Notes under the pieces: model-generated
Database searches by the model: none
The model's input: only the letters and a program-made list of their open reading frames with translations
Told to the model about the DNA's origin: nothing
Shown here: one piece after another, positions 50,641 to 61,284 of the stretch
How the letters are laid out: every line of letters begins with the position of its first letter
Numbering within the stretch: the first letter of the stretch is position 1
Made by a program: the position numbers and the translations under genes
Virus record (IMG/VR): IMGVR_UViG_3300035208_004396
Strand: one strand, 5' to 3'
Length of the DNA stretch: 64,000 nt
Source of the DNA: a virus
Taxonomy: Duplodnaviria > Caudoviricetes

Positions 50641-52104
50641 TCATAACATCACATCATATTCGTTTATTTCGAACGAATTATCTTTATAATACTTCTTTCT
50701 TTCGGCATATTGCTTCAAAATTTTATTCTTATGTATAGTACCATTCTTATTTTTATAAGACAAGTCATCAATAATATCGAATACAACCACTTTTTCTTTA
50801 GTCTCCGTTCTTCTTAAGACTCGACCAATACTTTGCAACACTTCAATTTTAGATTTACTATTAGAATACATGATGAGACAATTAAGCTTCTTTATGTTAA
50901 CACCTGTACTCATTGTCTTATAAGTAGCTAAAATAATACAACCTTCGGAATTTTCAATCGAAGTTCTGATGTTTTCACGATCTTTAACACGAACAGCCCC
51001 GGTTACAACATTGATATTGAATTCAGGGAAATTCGATTCAATATAAGATTTAGTCATTTTAAGATGTTCGAGATGATGAAAAAGTATCAATGTGTTATAT
51101 TCTTTCTTGATTCGGCCGAGAATAAAACCTAATCCTTTCACATTACGATTGGGATATTCTTCGCACATTTTAACTTCTTCGGGATAAGATCTATCTATAT
51201 TTTGCTTTATGAAATCTAAAGGATATTTGAAGAATAAAGCCCCGATTTTCAAATCGGCTAAGATTTTAGCATCTTGTAATGTTTTAGTATCGATTTTATA
51301 AATTACAGGTCCAAGAGCACCCATAATCATAGTACATTCGGACTTATCTTTTGGCATAGTACCAGTAGTGCCGATTCGATATGAAGCATTTACACATAAT
51401 TCCGCTATACTTTTCAACACTTTAGCTTTACTATTATGACATTCATCTATAAACAAGGCATCATATTTTCTAAAAAATTCTACATCTTTATCCATCAGAG
51501 ATTGCCATGTAGAAATCAACAATGGTTTATCATAAGTTGGTTTCTTCCCAGCATACAATATTTCCAAAAATTCATCACTGCCGTAAGACTTAAAATCACT
51601 TCTCATCTGTTCAACAAGTGTAGTATTTGGCACAATAAGTAAACATTTCTTCACATTCTCACTTAATAATATTCTAATCATTTGATAAAGTATCAAGGAT
51701 TTACCTGATCCAGTTGCACATTCCAATACACCATTTCTATGAATTAATGCCGATTTCAAAGCATCTACTTGATAATCTCGCAGTTTCAAATTAGAAAAAC
51801 TAACTAATTTAGCATCTAATTCGGTAGTATTTATCGTGTTATCTGGCAAAAAACCAGTCAATTTCAATTCAATTTCGTTAGTCGAACAAAACTCTTTTAA
51901 TTTATATAATAGACCATAAGGTATCGTATGATTTTTCTTGTTGAAAAATCGAATTTTACCATCCCAAATATGATTCTTATATTTCGGATTAAATAGATAT
52001 CCTTTTGCATAAACTGAAAAATATGAGTATAAATGTGTATACATAACTGGATCATCACTATTAATCGTGATTGTACTATAATCTTCGAAATATGCTTCTA
52101 TCAT
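50641..52104 (-). CDS. uvsW: RNA-DNA/DNA helicase UvsW
   Basis: WDGKIR, RDYQ, ATGSGKS, DECH, STGVNI, QSIGRVLR; start moved to MIEAYF. Confidence 0.95.
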   Translation of the reverse strand: MIEAYFEDYSTITINSDDPVMYTHLYSYFSVYAKGYLFNPKYKNHIWDGKIRFFNKKNHTIPYGLLYKLKEFCSTNEIELKLTGFLPDNTINTTELDAKLVSFSNLKLRDYQVDALKSALIHRNGVLECATGSGKSLILYQMIRILLSENVKKCLLIVPNTTLVEQMRSDFKSYGSDEFLEILYAGKKPTYDKPLLISTWQSLMDKDVEFFRKYDALFIDECHNSKAKVLKSIAELCVNASYRIGTTGTMPKDKSECTMIMGALGPVIYKIDTKTLQDAKILADLKIGALFFKYPLDFIKQNIDRSYPEEVKMCEEYPNRNVKGLGFILGRIKKEYNTLILFHHLEHLKMTKSYIESNFPEFNINVVTGAVRVKDRENIRTSIENSEGCIILATYKTMSTGVNIKKLNCLIMYSNSKSKIEVLQSIGRVLRRTETKEKVVVFDIIDDLSYKNKNGTIHKNKILKQYAERKKYYKDNSFEINEYDVML

Positions 52105-52132
52105 GATTAGAATATAGTAAATAAATATGTTT

Positions 52133-52744
52133 ATGAGTATCGAATCTCCATTTTTGCCATTAAGCAATAGTTCTAATTTCCAGACTGTTATAGGTATGTC
52201 TGCTTATGTTAATAACTCTACTTTATCAAATTATGCTACTATTTCGAGCTTATCAAGTATAAATTCGGATATATCAACTTTAAATTCTAATTTGAACACA
52301 ACTAACTCAAATTTATCCAACTTGAGTTCTAGTTTATCAGGATATCAATTGACTGAAAATATGATATCCTATCTCACTAGCGGAAGTTTATCATCATTAA
52401 ATTCAAATGTTTCGAGTTTAAATTCAAATTTATCCAACTTGAGTTCTAGTTTATCTGCCTATCAAGAAAAAGGATCATATTTATCGGCTAGCGAAAGTAT
52501 TAATCTATTATATAAAGATAATCTCAGTGCTGGTCCAGGCATAAATATAACAACTTTAGAGGATAAAACTCAAATAAATGTTCCTTCTGCTAATCTATAC
52601 CTATTAGGTCTAAAAGCATCGGCTACATCAACTGCTTCCCTATTAACTAATCCAGTCGGTGTATATTTCGATGTATTGACTGGATCTAGCGGAACTTTAT
52701 CAGCTAGTTTCATAGACAACCATTTATATTTCTTAGTTTCATAA
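52133..52744 (+). CDS. Ser/Asn/Leu coiled-coil fibre protein
   Basis: Internal duplication NSNLSNLSSSLS.YQ; AGPGINI; late promoter. Confidence 0.6.
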   Translation: MSIESPFLPLSNSSNFQTVIGMSAYVNNSTLSNYATISSLSSINSDISTLNSNLNTTNSNLSNLSSSLSGYQLTENMISYLTSGSLSSLNSNVSSLNSNLSNLSSSLSAYQEKGSYLSASESINLLYKDNLSAGPGINITTLEDKTQINVPSANLYLLGLKASATSTASLLTNPVGVYFDVLTGSSGTLSASFIDNHLYFLVS

Positions 52745-52769
52745 AAAAACCGGATTAAATCCGGTTTTT
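52743..52769. terminator. bidirectional terminator
   Basis: AAAAAAACCGGATT-A-AATCCGGTTTTT. Confidence 0.8.
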
Positions 52770-52777
52770 CTTTTATT

Positions 52778-53677
52778 TTATTTCTTCAAACACTTTTTAA
52801 TATCAGCCTTTTTAGCATCTATTTTGTCACGAAGTTTCTTTTTAATTAAACTTTCGAACATTTTATCGAGTTCCCATAGACGATTATTATAAATCTTAGA
52901 CACTATTGAATCTGTTTTTTCATTTAATAATTGGCCTTCACCTTTATAAAAATCTAAACATTCCTGTTTGCTCTTATCTTTTTCGGGTTCACTTTCAGCG
53001 GTTTTTTCCTCGGGCTTAGAACCTTCTGCTGGTGCAGATCCTGCTGGTGTAGATCCTTCTGCAGGAGTACCTTCGACCGGGGCAGATTCTTCTTTAGGTG
53101 TGGATCCTTCAGGAGCCGATTCTTCGGATGGTGTAGATCCTTCTGCAGGAGTTACCTCTGTAGATGTTTCTTCACTAGACGGAGCTGATTCTGTACCGGT
53201 AGTTCCTTTATCCGGTGTTTCTTCCGTCGGATTTTCTTCAGTTGGAGTTTCAGACGGAGCAGCATTTTTCTTGATGTCAGAAACATCATTTTGAAGATTT
53301 GCTATTGCATTAGCAATGCTTACTAATGCATCAGAAATAGCAGTTTGATCTGTAGAATCACCTGATTCTGTTGCATCTGGTGTCGAAGCAGGATCAACTG
53401 TAGCTGGATTTTCTGGATCTGTTTCGGTAACAGGGGCATTAGGATTAGCTAGATTGGGATCTTCACTTGGATCTACACTAGGATCAGCCATTGGTTCTGC
53501 ATTAGGAGCAGTAGCAGTACTAGGATCTGCTGAAACCGGAGTATTAGGATCTGGCAATTGTGTATTATCATTGAAATCCTGTGATTTTTTTACATTATTA
53601 TCATCATCTAGAAAGCTTTCTTTTAGCTTGTTATTAATTTTTTCCTTAATGGAATCCGGATTAAACTTTTTTTTCAT
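52778..53677 (-). CDS. low-complexity acidic Pro/Ser/Thr protein, possible head core protein
   Basis: EGSTP repeats, LKE motif, late promoter. Confidence 0.7.
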   Translation of the reverse strand: MKKKFNPDSIKEKINNKLKESFLDDDNNVKKSQDFNDNTQLPDPNTPVSADPSTATAPNAEPMADPSVDPSEDPNLANPNAPVTETDPENPATVDPASTPDATESGDSTDQTAISDALVSIANAIANLQNDVSDIKKNAAPSETPTEENPTEETPDKGTTGTESAPSSEETSTEVTPAEGSTPSEESAPEGSTPKEESAPVEGTPAEGSTPAGSAPAEGSKPEEKTAESEPEKDKSKQECLDFYKGEGQLLNEKTDSIVSKIYNNRLWELDKMFESLIKKKLRDKIDAKKADIKKCLKK

Positions 53678-53718
53678 GACTTATACCTTTTATTAGTTAT
53701 ATATTTAAGTATATCGAA

Positions 53719-54129
53719 TCATTTGAAAAACTCTTCGAAAGCTTCAGAAGAGTATAAAGTTGAAAATGCATCATCTAAGTCTATAACTTGAGTAAATTTT
53801 TCTTTTTCTGAAGAAATTACATCTTTGAATTTATCAAACAGTTCTTTAATTTCTTTTTTGTCTATGGTTTTAGATTCTTTTAATATCTTTACGATCTCAT
53901 TTGGTGAATAAACAGAAGCAATGTGCTTAACATCATTATTATCGATCTTTCTTAAAAATTTCTTAATTTCTTTCATAACATTTTTAAGTTTAGAACTTGC
54001 TTTGATCTCTTCTTCTTTTTTACCATCAAGCATCATTTTAGCAACAAAAACATAGAAAAATGGGTTTTTATCTTCTGAAGCTTGAATATATTTGCTTTTT
54101 TCATCTAAAAACTGTGTTAATTCAGACAT
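53719..54129 (-). CDS. hypothetical protein
   Basis: GAGGT RBS before MSELTQFLDE. Confidence 0.65.
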   Translation of the reverse strand: MSELTQFLDEKSKYIQASEDKNPFFYVFVAKMMLDGKKEEEIKASSKLKNVMKEIKKFLRKIDNNDVKHIASVYSPNEIVKILKESKTIDKKEIKELFDKFKDVISSEKEKFTQVIDLDDAFSTLYSSEAFEEFFK

Positions 54130-54149
54130 GTTTACCTCTTTTATCATAT

Positions 54150-54602
54150 TTATTTAACGAACTTGATTTTGTTTTTATTTATCAAATATTTCAAGTAACT
54201 ATATAAGTGTTTACAATATGTAGTTACTTGTCCTGGATTATTAACTCGATTAGGTATTCTCATATTAGCAGATGGTTTAGAGAAAAAATTGTTATTTTTA
54301 ATCAATGGATAAGCCACATTATATCTGAATGCATTACAATCACAACGTAATTCACATTTGCAATTAGTATCATAAGGTTTATTTTTATCGTTTCTATAAA
54401 TTTGAATTGTAGTTTTATAGTTTTTATCGCCTTTTTCAGATTTAACTTCACCCCTACATAACATCTGTAGACCATAATCTACTTCGTTGGAACTTACAAC
54501 TGGTAAATCAGTATTAGAATGTGGAAAAACCTTATCGAAGGAGTTTCTCATATCCAAAAGACTAGTTTTTTCCAACAAATATATCCGTCTGAATGCACCC
54601 AT
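54150..54602 (-). CDS. SWIM zinc-finger protein
   Basis: CDC..F.Y ... CKH; start moved to MGAFRR. Confidence 0.7.
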   Translation of the reverse strand: MGAFRRIYLLEKTSLLDMRNSFDKVFPHSNTDLPVVSSNEVDYGLQMLCRGEVKSEKGDKNYKTTIQIYRNDKNKPYDTNCKCELRCDCNAFRYNVAYPLIKNNNFFSKPSANMRIPNRVNNPGQVTTYCKHLYSYLKYLINKNKIKFVK

Positions 54603-54603
54603 A

Positions 54604-56745
54604 TTAATAACCTTCCAGTTTATAAGTTTCAGTATTAGAATAACAAGATTTAACTGATTTTGGACATTTTCGATTGAAAATGAACGATAATGAAACCAAT
54701 CTCTTGCCATTTTTAGCTATTTTTAAGAAATTTGCAATCTTATTCATATTTTCTCTATCTAAAGTCAAAATATAATGAGTATAACCTTCATAAATATCAG
54801 TACCTTTAATGTTTATTTTTACACATCTATAATAATTTCGGTTAACAGTACCGACTACAGTATGATTTTCTACTTCCCGATTATCCATCTCAAATATAAA
54901 TGGAAAATCACTTTTCGAGGCAGAATAAATTAAATTTTTAGTATTTAATGTCGGATTTTCAATTATACTTGACCCAGATAAGGCTTCTAATTTCGTAGCT
55001 TGAGCGAAATACGGAATAAACAACTTGTTTCCTGATAATTTCAAATTAGAATAATCCATATAAAACGTTTGTCTTAAATAATAATCCGCCTCACTAGTGA
55101 TCAAAGAATGAGCTATTATGTTCATGGTCAATGTAGCTGAAATTACAAACTCGAAATTACTCAATACACGTGTAGCCGGAATAATAGATCGAATCAACTT
55201 AATCAAAGGTTCTGCAATTTGATTCAATTTTACCAATCTAGCAGTTTGAGCACTAGTTAAACCCAGACTAATATGAGATGATAACTCATAATTAGTAGGA
55301 TCTATCATATCTTCGGTATAAAAATGAGAATGTGTCGCTTTATCAATCCATAATGGATAAACATTTACTAAGAAACCTAATGTATTAAACAATATATAAA
55401 TAGCCGTGTTTGTACCTTTATATTTGTTTATCACAGCTAATTTAGAATATACCGATCTCAACATACTTACCGGATCATAATTCAATGTATCATTTTCATC
55501 TTTGAAAAAATCTATCACATTATTCAGTGTATCTAAATCTAAATCTAAGTCAGGGCAATAAGTTTTAGCAAAATTAGACAATAATTGATCTTCGATTAAG
55601 CTAGCATCATTAAAATCTCCTATTCGTTTAATTTTCTCCAATATACCTATCTTACATGATTCATTTAGATTCAACGACGTATATTCTGTGTTAAAAAAAT
55701 ACTCGAGATATTCTTTAAAATCATTAAATTTTAGATCGGCTAAGTATTTTGGAACTGGAATATATAAATCTCGGATATTTTCACATTTTTTAACGAATGG
55801 CCCAAGCTGATTATAGGCTATAGTATAATTTTTGATTAAATCATCATATTCATTATCACCTATTTTAAGGTATACTGAAGCAAAAACAGTTCCACTTGTG
55901 TCTATGCCATCTAATTTTCGATAAGCTACATCATCTTCTATTTCAACATCACCGATTATATAACCCGCACTATCTTGTAATAATTCGAAAACATAAGTGA
56001 CATCGAACAACTCGGTTAATTCAGACCAATACTCATTTTTTGTAACATTGGGATTAAATGCTTCTAATTTACAATTTCCGGTGATTTGATATCCTAGACA
56101 TAGATTTTCAGGATAAATATCTCTGAAATTTAATACTAAATGTTGTAAACTTTTTATAAACTCGGTTAAAGTGATCGGTACAAATATAAATTCTTTGAAA
56201 TTTGAAAAAGTAAACTTATTACCATTTACATCAAATAAGGCTAAACTTAAGTTGATATCTGATATTTCTGTAAAACCTTGGGGATTTGCCGTAAAAAGAC
56301 AACTCAAAGTGTAAATATCACCATTCTGAATCAACTTCAAATTTGAAATATAATCGTTTATTTTCGAATTATTGTTAAAAAATGTTATATTTTCAGATGA
56401 AATTCCAATACTATCATAGATATCTAATTTTATTTCCCACGCTTTGATATAAACTAATTCGGTCTGTGTATAAGAACCATGTAGACCTTTGAACGAGAGA
56501 TATGAGGTCTTATCTGCCAAAAGATCGGGTTTCTTAGTATCGATCAAAATATTACGAATAGTATAAGCAATTCTGTATTTCGTACCACCATTGAACAGGA
56601 TAGTATCTTCATTGATATCATTGCTGTCAGAATCAAAACCCCAGTTATCAGCAGGAGTATTCGGTATAGGATCTAAAGGTTTAGAAATATCACTACTAAA
56701 CCATCTCAGATCCGAAAGGTCATATATTTTAGACTCTTTTATCAT
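54604..56745 (-). CDS. baseplate wedge (gp7/P2 gpI-like)
   Basis: INKYKGTNTAIYILFNTLG; IIPA. Confidence 0.6.
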   Translation of the reverse strand: MIKESKIYDLSDLRWFSSDISKPLDPIPNTPADNWGFDSDSNDINEDTILFNGGTKYRIAYTIRNILIDTKKPDLLADKTSYLSFKGLHGSYTQTELVYIKAWEIKLDIYDSIGISSENITFFNNNSKINDYISNLKLIQNGDIYTLSCLFTANPQGFTEISDINLSLALFDVNGNKFTFSNFKEFIFVPITLTEFIKSLQHLVLNFRDIYPENLCLGYQITGNCKLEAFNPNVTKNEYWSELTELFDVTYVFELLQDSAGYIIGDVEIEDDVAYRKLDGIDTSGTVFASVYLKIGDNEYDDLIKNYTIAYNQLGPFVKKCENIRDLYIPVPKYLADLKFNDFKEYLEYFFNTEYTSLNLNESCKIGILEKIKRIGDFNDASLIEDQLLSNFAKTYCPDLDLDLDTLNNVIDFFKDENDTLNYDPVSMLRSVYSKLAVINKYKGTNTAIYILFNTLGFLVNVYPLWIDKATHSHFYTEDMIDPTNYELSSHISLGLTSAQTARLVKLNQIAEPLIKLIRSIIPATRVLSNFEFVISATLTMNIIAHSLITSEADYYLRQTFYMDYSNLKLSGNKLFIPYFAQATKLEALSGSSIIENPTLNTKNLIYSASKSDFPFIFEMDNREVENHTVVGTVNRNYYRCVKINIKGTDIYEGYTHYILTLDRENMNKIANFLKIAKNGKRLVSLSFIFNRKCPKSVKSCYSNTETYKLEGY

Positions 56746-56786
56746 ATTTGTATTTATCTAACTCAGTAATGATTCGATATACATTA

Positions 56787-56870
56787 TTTTAACGCCGTTT
56801 TAAGCTCTTTTTATCTTAAATATTGATAGTTATATTATTTTAATTAAAAAAGCTCTTAAACAGGAGTTTC
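56787..56870. repeat. 62-bp-core imperfect palindrome, copy 3
   Basis: TTTAAGCTCTTTTT...AAAAAGCTCTTAAA at 56799-56860. Confidence 0.6.
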
Positions 56871-56977
56871 TGTGCAATTAAACTAGCATATAACATTATC
56901 CCTTAATGTTTAATAATTATGAGTATGTTATAAACAATAAAAAAATAGGTTATCTGTCATTAATCTCGAATTTTTAA

Positions 56978-57148
56978 TGTAAACTTATTTCAACATTTCA
57001 ACAAAATGGATCCTTCTTTACTCTAAGTAGGGAACCAAGTGATTTTTATCATCTAAAAAGTCCACATATTTCTCGATAGATACATTATAGTTGGGTAGGG
57101 AGAGGTGGAATCTTTTTTTATATAGTATAAAACCTATAGGAGGGGGTA
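56978..57148 (+). repeat. ~170-bp non-coding element, copy 2
   Basis: Direct repeat of 14926-15095. Confidence 0.9.
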
Positions 57149-57157
57149 GAACTATGG

Positions 57158-57218
57158 AAAATGTAAAGATATTGAGAATCTAAAATGTAAAGATATTAAG
57201 AATTTAAAATGTAAAGAT
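57158..57218 (+). repeat. 24-bp tandem repeat, ~2.5 copies
   Basis: AAAATGTAAAGATATTRAGAATYT. Confidence 0.85.
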
Positions 57219-57238
57219 GTGGCTATTATAGATATATC

Positions 57239-57460
57239 ATGAGTTGTCCTAATTGTGATAAGTTGAAGAATGGAGTTAAATTAGTTAAAGGTTTACATAT
57301 ATTGACAGCATCTAAATCAGCATGTTGTCCGATTAAAGCAGTTATAACTTATTTTGATTCGAGAATAGTAACATATCTCGATAAAAACAATCAAACTCAT
57401 TCTAAACCAATAGAAGAATTCGTTAAATCTTCATGGGAAGACCGGTTCTTTAACATTTAA
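57239..57460 (+). CDS. small Cys-containing protein
   Basis: TATAGATA-N4-ATG; CPNC, CC. Confidence 0.6.
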   Translation: MSCPNCDKLKNGVKLVKGLHILTASKSACCPIKAVITYFDSRIVTYLDKNNQTHSKPIEEFVKSSWEDRFFNI

Positions 57461-57540
57461 TGCACTTTTAAGACATTTTTTATGAAAATATGTGAAAACA
57501 TTAATGTTATACAGAAAAAGGCCTTAAACAGGCCTTTATG
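57455..57540. repeat. 62-bp-core imperfect palindrome, copy 4
   Basis: TTTAAGACATTTTT...AAAAAGGCCTTAAA at 57467-57528. Confidence 0.6.
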
Positions 57541-57555
57541 ATTAAAATAAGACTA

Positions 57556-57966
57556 TTAATACATGATTTGTTTTTTATAGTCTATGTATGATTTCAATAA
57601 GCTCACATTAGATTTTAATGTCAACATTGTGTCTTTAAAATAGCATTGATAAGATTCTTGAATATTTTTATTCCGGATTAGTTCTATAAATTTGGGATCG
57701 CCATTAATTCTCATCTCTATTTCTTTAGCAGTAGACCATACCATAGAGTCATTGAACTTATATTTCGGTAATAAATGATAAGTTAAGTCTGCAATATCAC
57801 ATTCTAAGTTCTTTATTAAGTTTGTTTGTTTCTGTAAAATATTACACCATTTGTTTATTCGTTTAGATAAAGTGAATGAATATTCTATTCGGGGTAATTC
57901 ATCTTCTGGTATAGTAGTATCTATTGCTGCTACTTGCTTTATTTTTTCAAATTCTTCTTCGGTCAT
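57556..57966 (-). CDS. uvsY: recombination mediator UvsY-like
   Basis: 136 aa, D..I, KW, EIE..I.GD, IDYKK C-terminus. Confidence 0.65.
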   Translation of the reverse strand: MTEEEFEKIKQVAAIDTTIPEDELPRIEYSFTLSKRINKWCNILQKQTNLIKNLECDIADLTYHLLPKYKFNDSMVWSTAKEIEMRINGDPKFIELIRNKNIQESYQCYFKDTMLTLKSNVSLLKSYIDYKKQIMY

Positions 57967-58270
57967 GATGATTCCTTAGTGTTATTTGTCGTTTTTCTTG
58001 ATTTGTGAAATTAGGATCGCCATATTTAGCTAATTTCGTAGATCTTGACTTATTTATGGTATCGAGTCCAGCACATCTCTTAGAACAATACAATCTATAA
58101 CCTTTAACATAGTTTATATAACGTGTAGGTTTGCCACACATTTTACATAGGCCTTGTTTACCTTTGAAGTCTAGATAATAAGATTCGCTGTTATAACCGT
58201 GTTTATAAAGGTGTCTAAGCAACGAATTAACATCATTAAAGGTCTTTTTGCAAAAATTACATTCTATCAT
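57947..58270 (-). CDS. zinc-finger protein with KYG repeat, no nuclease domain
   Basis: CNFC..H...H, CKMCG, YCSKRC, KYGDPNF. Confidence 0.65.
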   Translation of the reverse strand: MIECNFCKKTFNDVNSLLRHLYKHGYNSESYYLDFKGKQGLCKMCGKPTRYINYVKGYRLYCSKRCAGLDTINKSRSTKLAKYGDPNFTNQEKRQITLRNHHDRRRI

Positions 58271-58312
58271 TTAGCTAGTCCTTATATAAATATACAAAAT
58301 AGGAGTGAAACA

Positions 58313-61219
58313 ATGTCGAAGTATTCTACACCAGACGTGTACTTCAACGAAATCGATCATACAGTTCGTAATAATACCACTGTTGGCGATGGACGAGGTG
58401 CTATTGTCTTTAATGCTGACAAAGGTTATGTAAATCAACGAATTTTAACTACGGGTTATTCTAATTTCAAAACTCAATTTGGTACGCCGACTAACAGTTC
58501 TAATTATGGTCATTTTGCTGCAGAACAATTCTTTGCTAACGGTTCTACACAACTTCTTGGAGTTCGTGCTACTATGGGCGATGAAAGATATGCTTTCATT
58601 CAATACCCCTATAACAGTGCTGGTATAGCTAATACTAATCTGGATTCTACAACTCAAGAATTAGAATATGTAGATTATGAAGGTGAACATAACTTAGTAT
58701 TACTAAATGCTTTTAAGGGAGATTTGAGTACTTATACTGCAGATAACTGGCATTATATTGATAATACAGCAACATTCTTTATGTATTCATACGGGAAAGT
58801 TTCCGATTTTGCTGATTTATATAATGATGGCGCTGATGAAGTCAGAATAGTATATCGTGATTCTAAAAATGCTGAAATTACTGCTAATTCGGGTACATTT
58901 TATAAGATTCCTACTAGTGATAAACTCACAAATTATAACAGATTTGCTCTGAATCAAGCCGGTATAAATTCTTCGCCATTAACTGCTGATGCAACAGGAT
59001 CTTCGGCATATTATCATTTTGATTCTAGTGATAGCATAAATGATACTTCTGCTACTTATTATAAGACTTATTTACATCTTGATGCTGGATATTCGTTGAA
59101 TTCTACTGATATTGATGCTCAATATTATCTCAATTCTGGTGTTTTAACTGGAACTTCTGCTGAATTGACAACGTTATTAAACAATGAATCCATTTTAGGT
59201 TTAACAAGTGCAGATTCTGCATATTCGGCTAATGCTTCGAAATTAGTAGTTGCGGATTGGGATGAAAATCTAGAATTGAAGACCTATTATGTTAATAAAT
59301 CATCTTTTACTTCTCCAAATGTTAGTGGCATAGAATATCGTGAATACTCTCATGGTGATAAAGATTTTGCTCTGTGTATCAATGCTATTTCTAGTATTAG
59401 ATGTGATAATATGACTGGTTCTGATAGTTTTGCTATTTTAGAAGATCTAGCGGATCAATATGGTTTAGCAGTTACGGATATTAACAATTCATCATATTGC
59501 AATTTGAAATATACTGATGCTAAGTCACAAGAGGAAGTAAATTTATTGGTTTATAATGATGGCTTATCTGAAGGATTCGGGGCTTATTCTAGTACACCAA
59601 ATCTATTCATCTTATACCAAGATCAAAATAACTCAAATAAAACTAAAGGTGAAGCCATTTATTATCATAAAGATCCTAAAAATGTTATTTTACCTTGGCA
59701 GATTAGTAAAAATAATGTCCCGGAACTCATTGCACAAAGCACATTAGAGATGTTCAGCGATAGCACGGGAATCTGGTCAGATGGTTATACTCCTACTAGC
59801 ATAGATGAAGAACCGGGCAATGGTGACGTTGAAAGTTATACAGATAAATCTAAGAACTTGGTCATAGCTGCATTAGCTCCAGGGGATTACTTGAATAGAA
59901 TTGGTATTTCAATAATAACACCGGATTGCGAAGATATACCGGCATTGAATGGACCTAATACATTCGATTGGAAATATCTTTTCGATGATGAAGACAAGGT
60001 CGATAATGGTGCAGATAACTTGACTTATAAGAAAGTCTATAAGTTGAATGTTTATGTTCGGAATATAGATCAAGATGAATCTATATGGGGTACTGGTTTA
60101 ACTAGTTTGAATTATGACCCTACCGAATCATTCTATGTGTCTAATGATCCTACGGCAAAAGATTTACAAGGTAATAGCTTATATGTTACTGATGTGATTA
60201 ATGGTCATTCTAACTATATCTACGTTTCTAAGAAATCAGTAGAAACATCTTTCGTATCAAATATAGGGGGTGTTACTACTTATGATATGCCATCCCAAAC
60301 TTATTCTATTTATAGTCTTAGTGGTGGTAAGAATTCTAAATTGAATGATATTAAGCAGAAAACGGCAGCATTACAGCTTTTCGAGGACAACGAGAAGTCT
60401 GATTTCGATATTATATTTAATGTTGAACCGATTGAAAGTTTTACGGGTAAACAAAAATATAAAGCGATGCAAGATAAGATTGCTAATATTGCTATTACAC
60501 GTGGAAAAGATATCGGGTTCATTCAGACCACATCGAAAGCGGCGAAAACTGGTTCATTGATGGTAAGTGAAAGTAAGAATTTCAAATATACTAATGGTTC
60601 TTACGTTGCTGGTTATGGCGGATATGATAAGTCATATAACAGTGACATCAGTGCATGGATTAATATCCCTAAGTCGGTGGCCGGTGCTTGTGCTGAATGT
60701 TTTTGTCAGATTTATTCATATCCCTGGATGGCACCTGCGGGAACAGAACGCGGTGTAATAGCATATTCAGATGGTACTACACCTAAATTGAGTAAATTGG
60801 ATATGGGTAAGTTATATAATCAAAACATCAATACTTCTCGTACTTTCCCAGCTTATGGCGAAACTTTATTCACTCAGAAAACTATGTTGAAGAAAGATTC
60901 CGCACTGAACAGAATAGATGTTAGATCGCTGGTGAATACAATAGAAAAGAACTTATATATATTGCTTTTGCCGTTCATTTACAAGAAAAATACTGCCACT
61001 ACAAGAAGTTCTATGAAATCTACAGTCGAAGATTTATTAGGTAGAATTAAGGCTGGAGAAGGTATAACTTCATATTCAGTAACAGTTAAATCTGATTCTA
61101 ATGATCCGCATTTGGTTTATGTAAACTTGACTATCATTCCGGCCGAATCTATTGAATTCATCGAAGTCAATATCACGTTGGAAAGAGATCAGGGAATAAC
61201 ATTCGCGGAAGCTGCTTAA
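58313..61219 (+). CDS. tail sheath protein (gp18-like), 968 aa
   Basis: P.VYF.EID, FGTP, APG, PWMAPAG..RG, ALNRIDVR, SIEFI; AGGAG RBS and TATAAATA promoter. Confidence 0.95.
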   Translation: MSKYSTPDVYFNEIDHTVRNNTTVGDGRGAIVFNADKGYVNQRILTTGYSNFKTQFGTPTNSSNYGHFAAEQFFANGSTQLLGVRATMGDERYAFIQYPYNSAGIANTNLDSTTQELEYVDYEGEHNLVLLNAFKGDLSTYTADNWHYIDNTATFFMYSYGKVSDFADLYNDGADEVRIVYRDSKNAEITANSGTFYKIPTSDKLTNYNRFALNQAGINSSPLTADATGSSAYYHFDSSDSINDTSATYYKTYLHLDAGYSLNSTDIDAQYYLNSGVLTGTSAELTTLLNNESILGLTSADSAYSANASKLVVADWDENLELKTYYVNKSSFTSPNVSGIEYREYSHGDKDFALCINAISSIRCDNMTGSDSFAILEDLADQYGLAVTDINNSSYCNLKYTDAKSQEEVNLLVYNDGLSEGFGAYSSTPNLFILYQDQNNSNKTKGEAIYYHKDPKNVILPWQISKNNVPELIAQSTLEMFSDSTGIWSDGYTPTSIDEEPGNGDVESYTDKSKNLVIAALAPGDYLNRIGISIITPDCEDIPALNGPNTFDWKYLFDDEDKVDNGADNLTYKKVYKLNVYVRNIDQDESIWGTGLTSLNYDPTESFYVSNDPTAKDLQGNSLYVTDVINGHSNYIYVSKKSVETSFVSNIGGVTTYDMPSQTYSIYSLSGGKNSKLNDIKQKTAALQLFEDNEKSDFDIIFNVEPIESFTGKQKYKAMQDKIANIAITRGKDIGFIQTTSKAAKTGSLMVSESKNFKYTNGSYVAGYGGYDKSYNSDISAWINIPKSVAGACAECFCQIYSYPWMAPAGTERGVIAYSDGTTPKLSKLDMGKLYNQNINTSRTFPAYGETLFTQKTMLKKDSALNRIDVRSLVNTIEKNLYILLLPFIYKKNTATTRSSMKSTVEDLLGRIKAGEGITSYSVTVKSDSNDPHLVYVNLTIIPAESIEFIEVNITLERDQGITFAEAA

Positions 61220-61223
61220 AAAT

Positions 61224-61282
61224 AAAAAGGATCCTTTAAGGATCCTTTTTTATTAAAAAAAACCCTATAAAGGGTTTTTTTA
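61224..61282. terminator. two tandem bidirectional terminators
   Basis: AAAAAGGATCCTTTAAGGATCCTTTTTT and AAAAAAAACCCTATAAAGGGTTTTTTT. Confidence 0.85.
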
Positions 61283-61284
61283 GT

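Noticed and set aside
52968-53696. Plus-strand low-complexity ORFs, and similar shadow ORFs inside gp23, gp18 and uvsX
   Set aside because: Antisense or alternate-frame shadows of well-supported genes
57158-57218. Mini CRISPR array
   Set aside because: Units are tandem with near-identical inter-repeat sequence, no unique spacers and no cas genes
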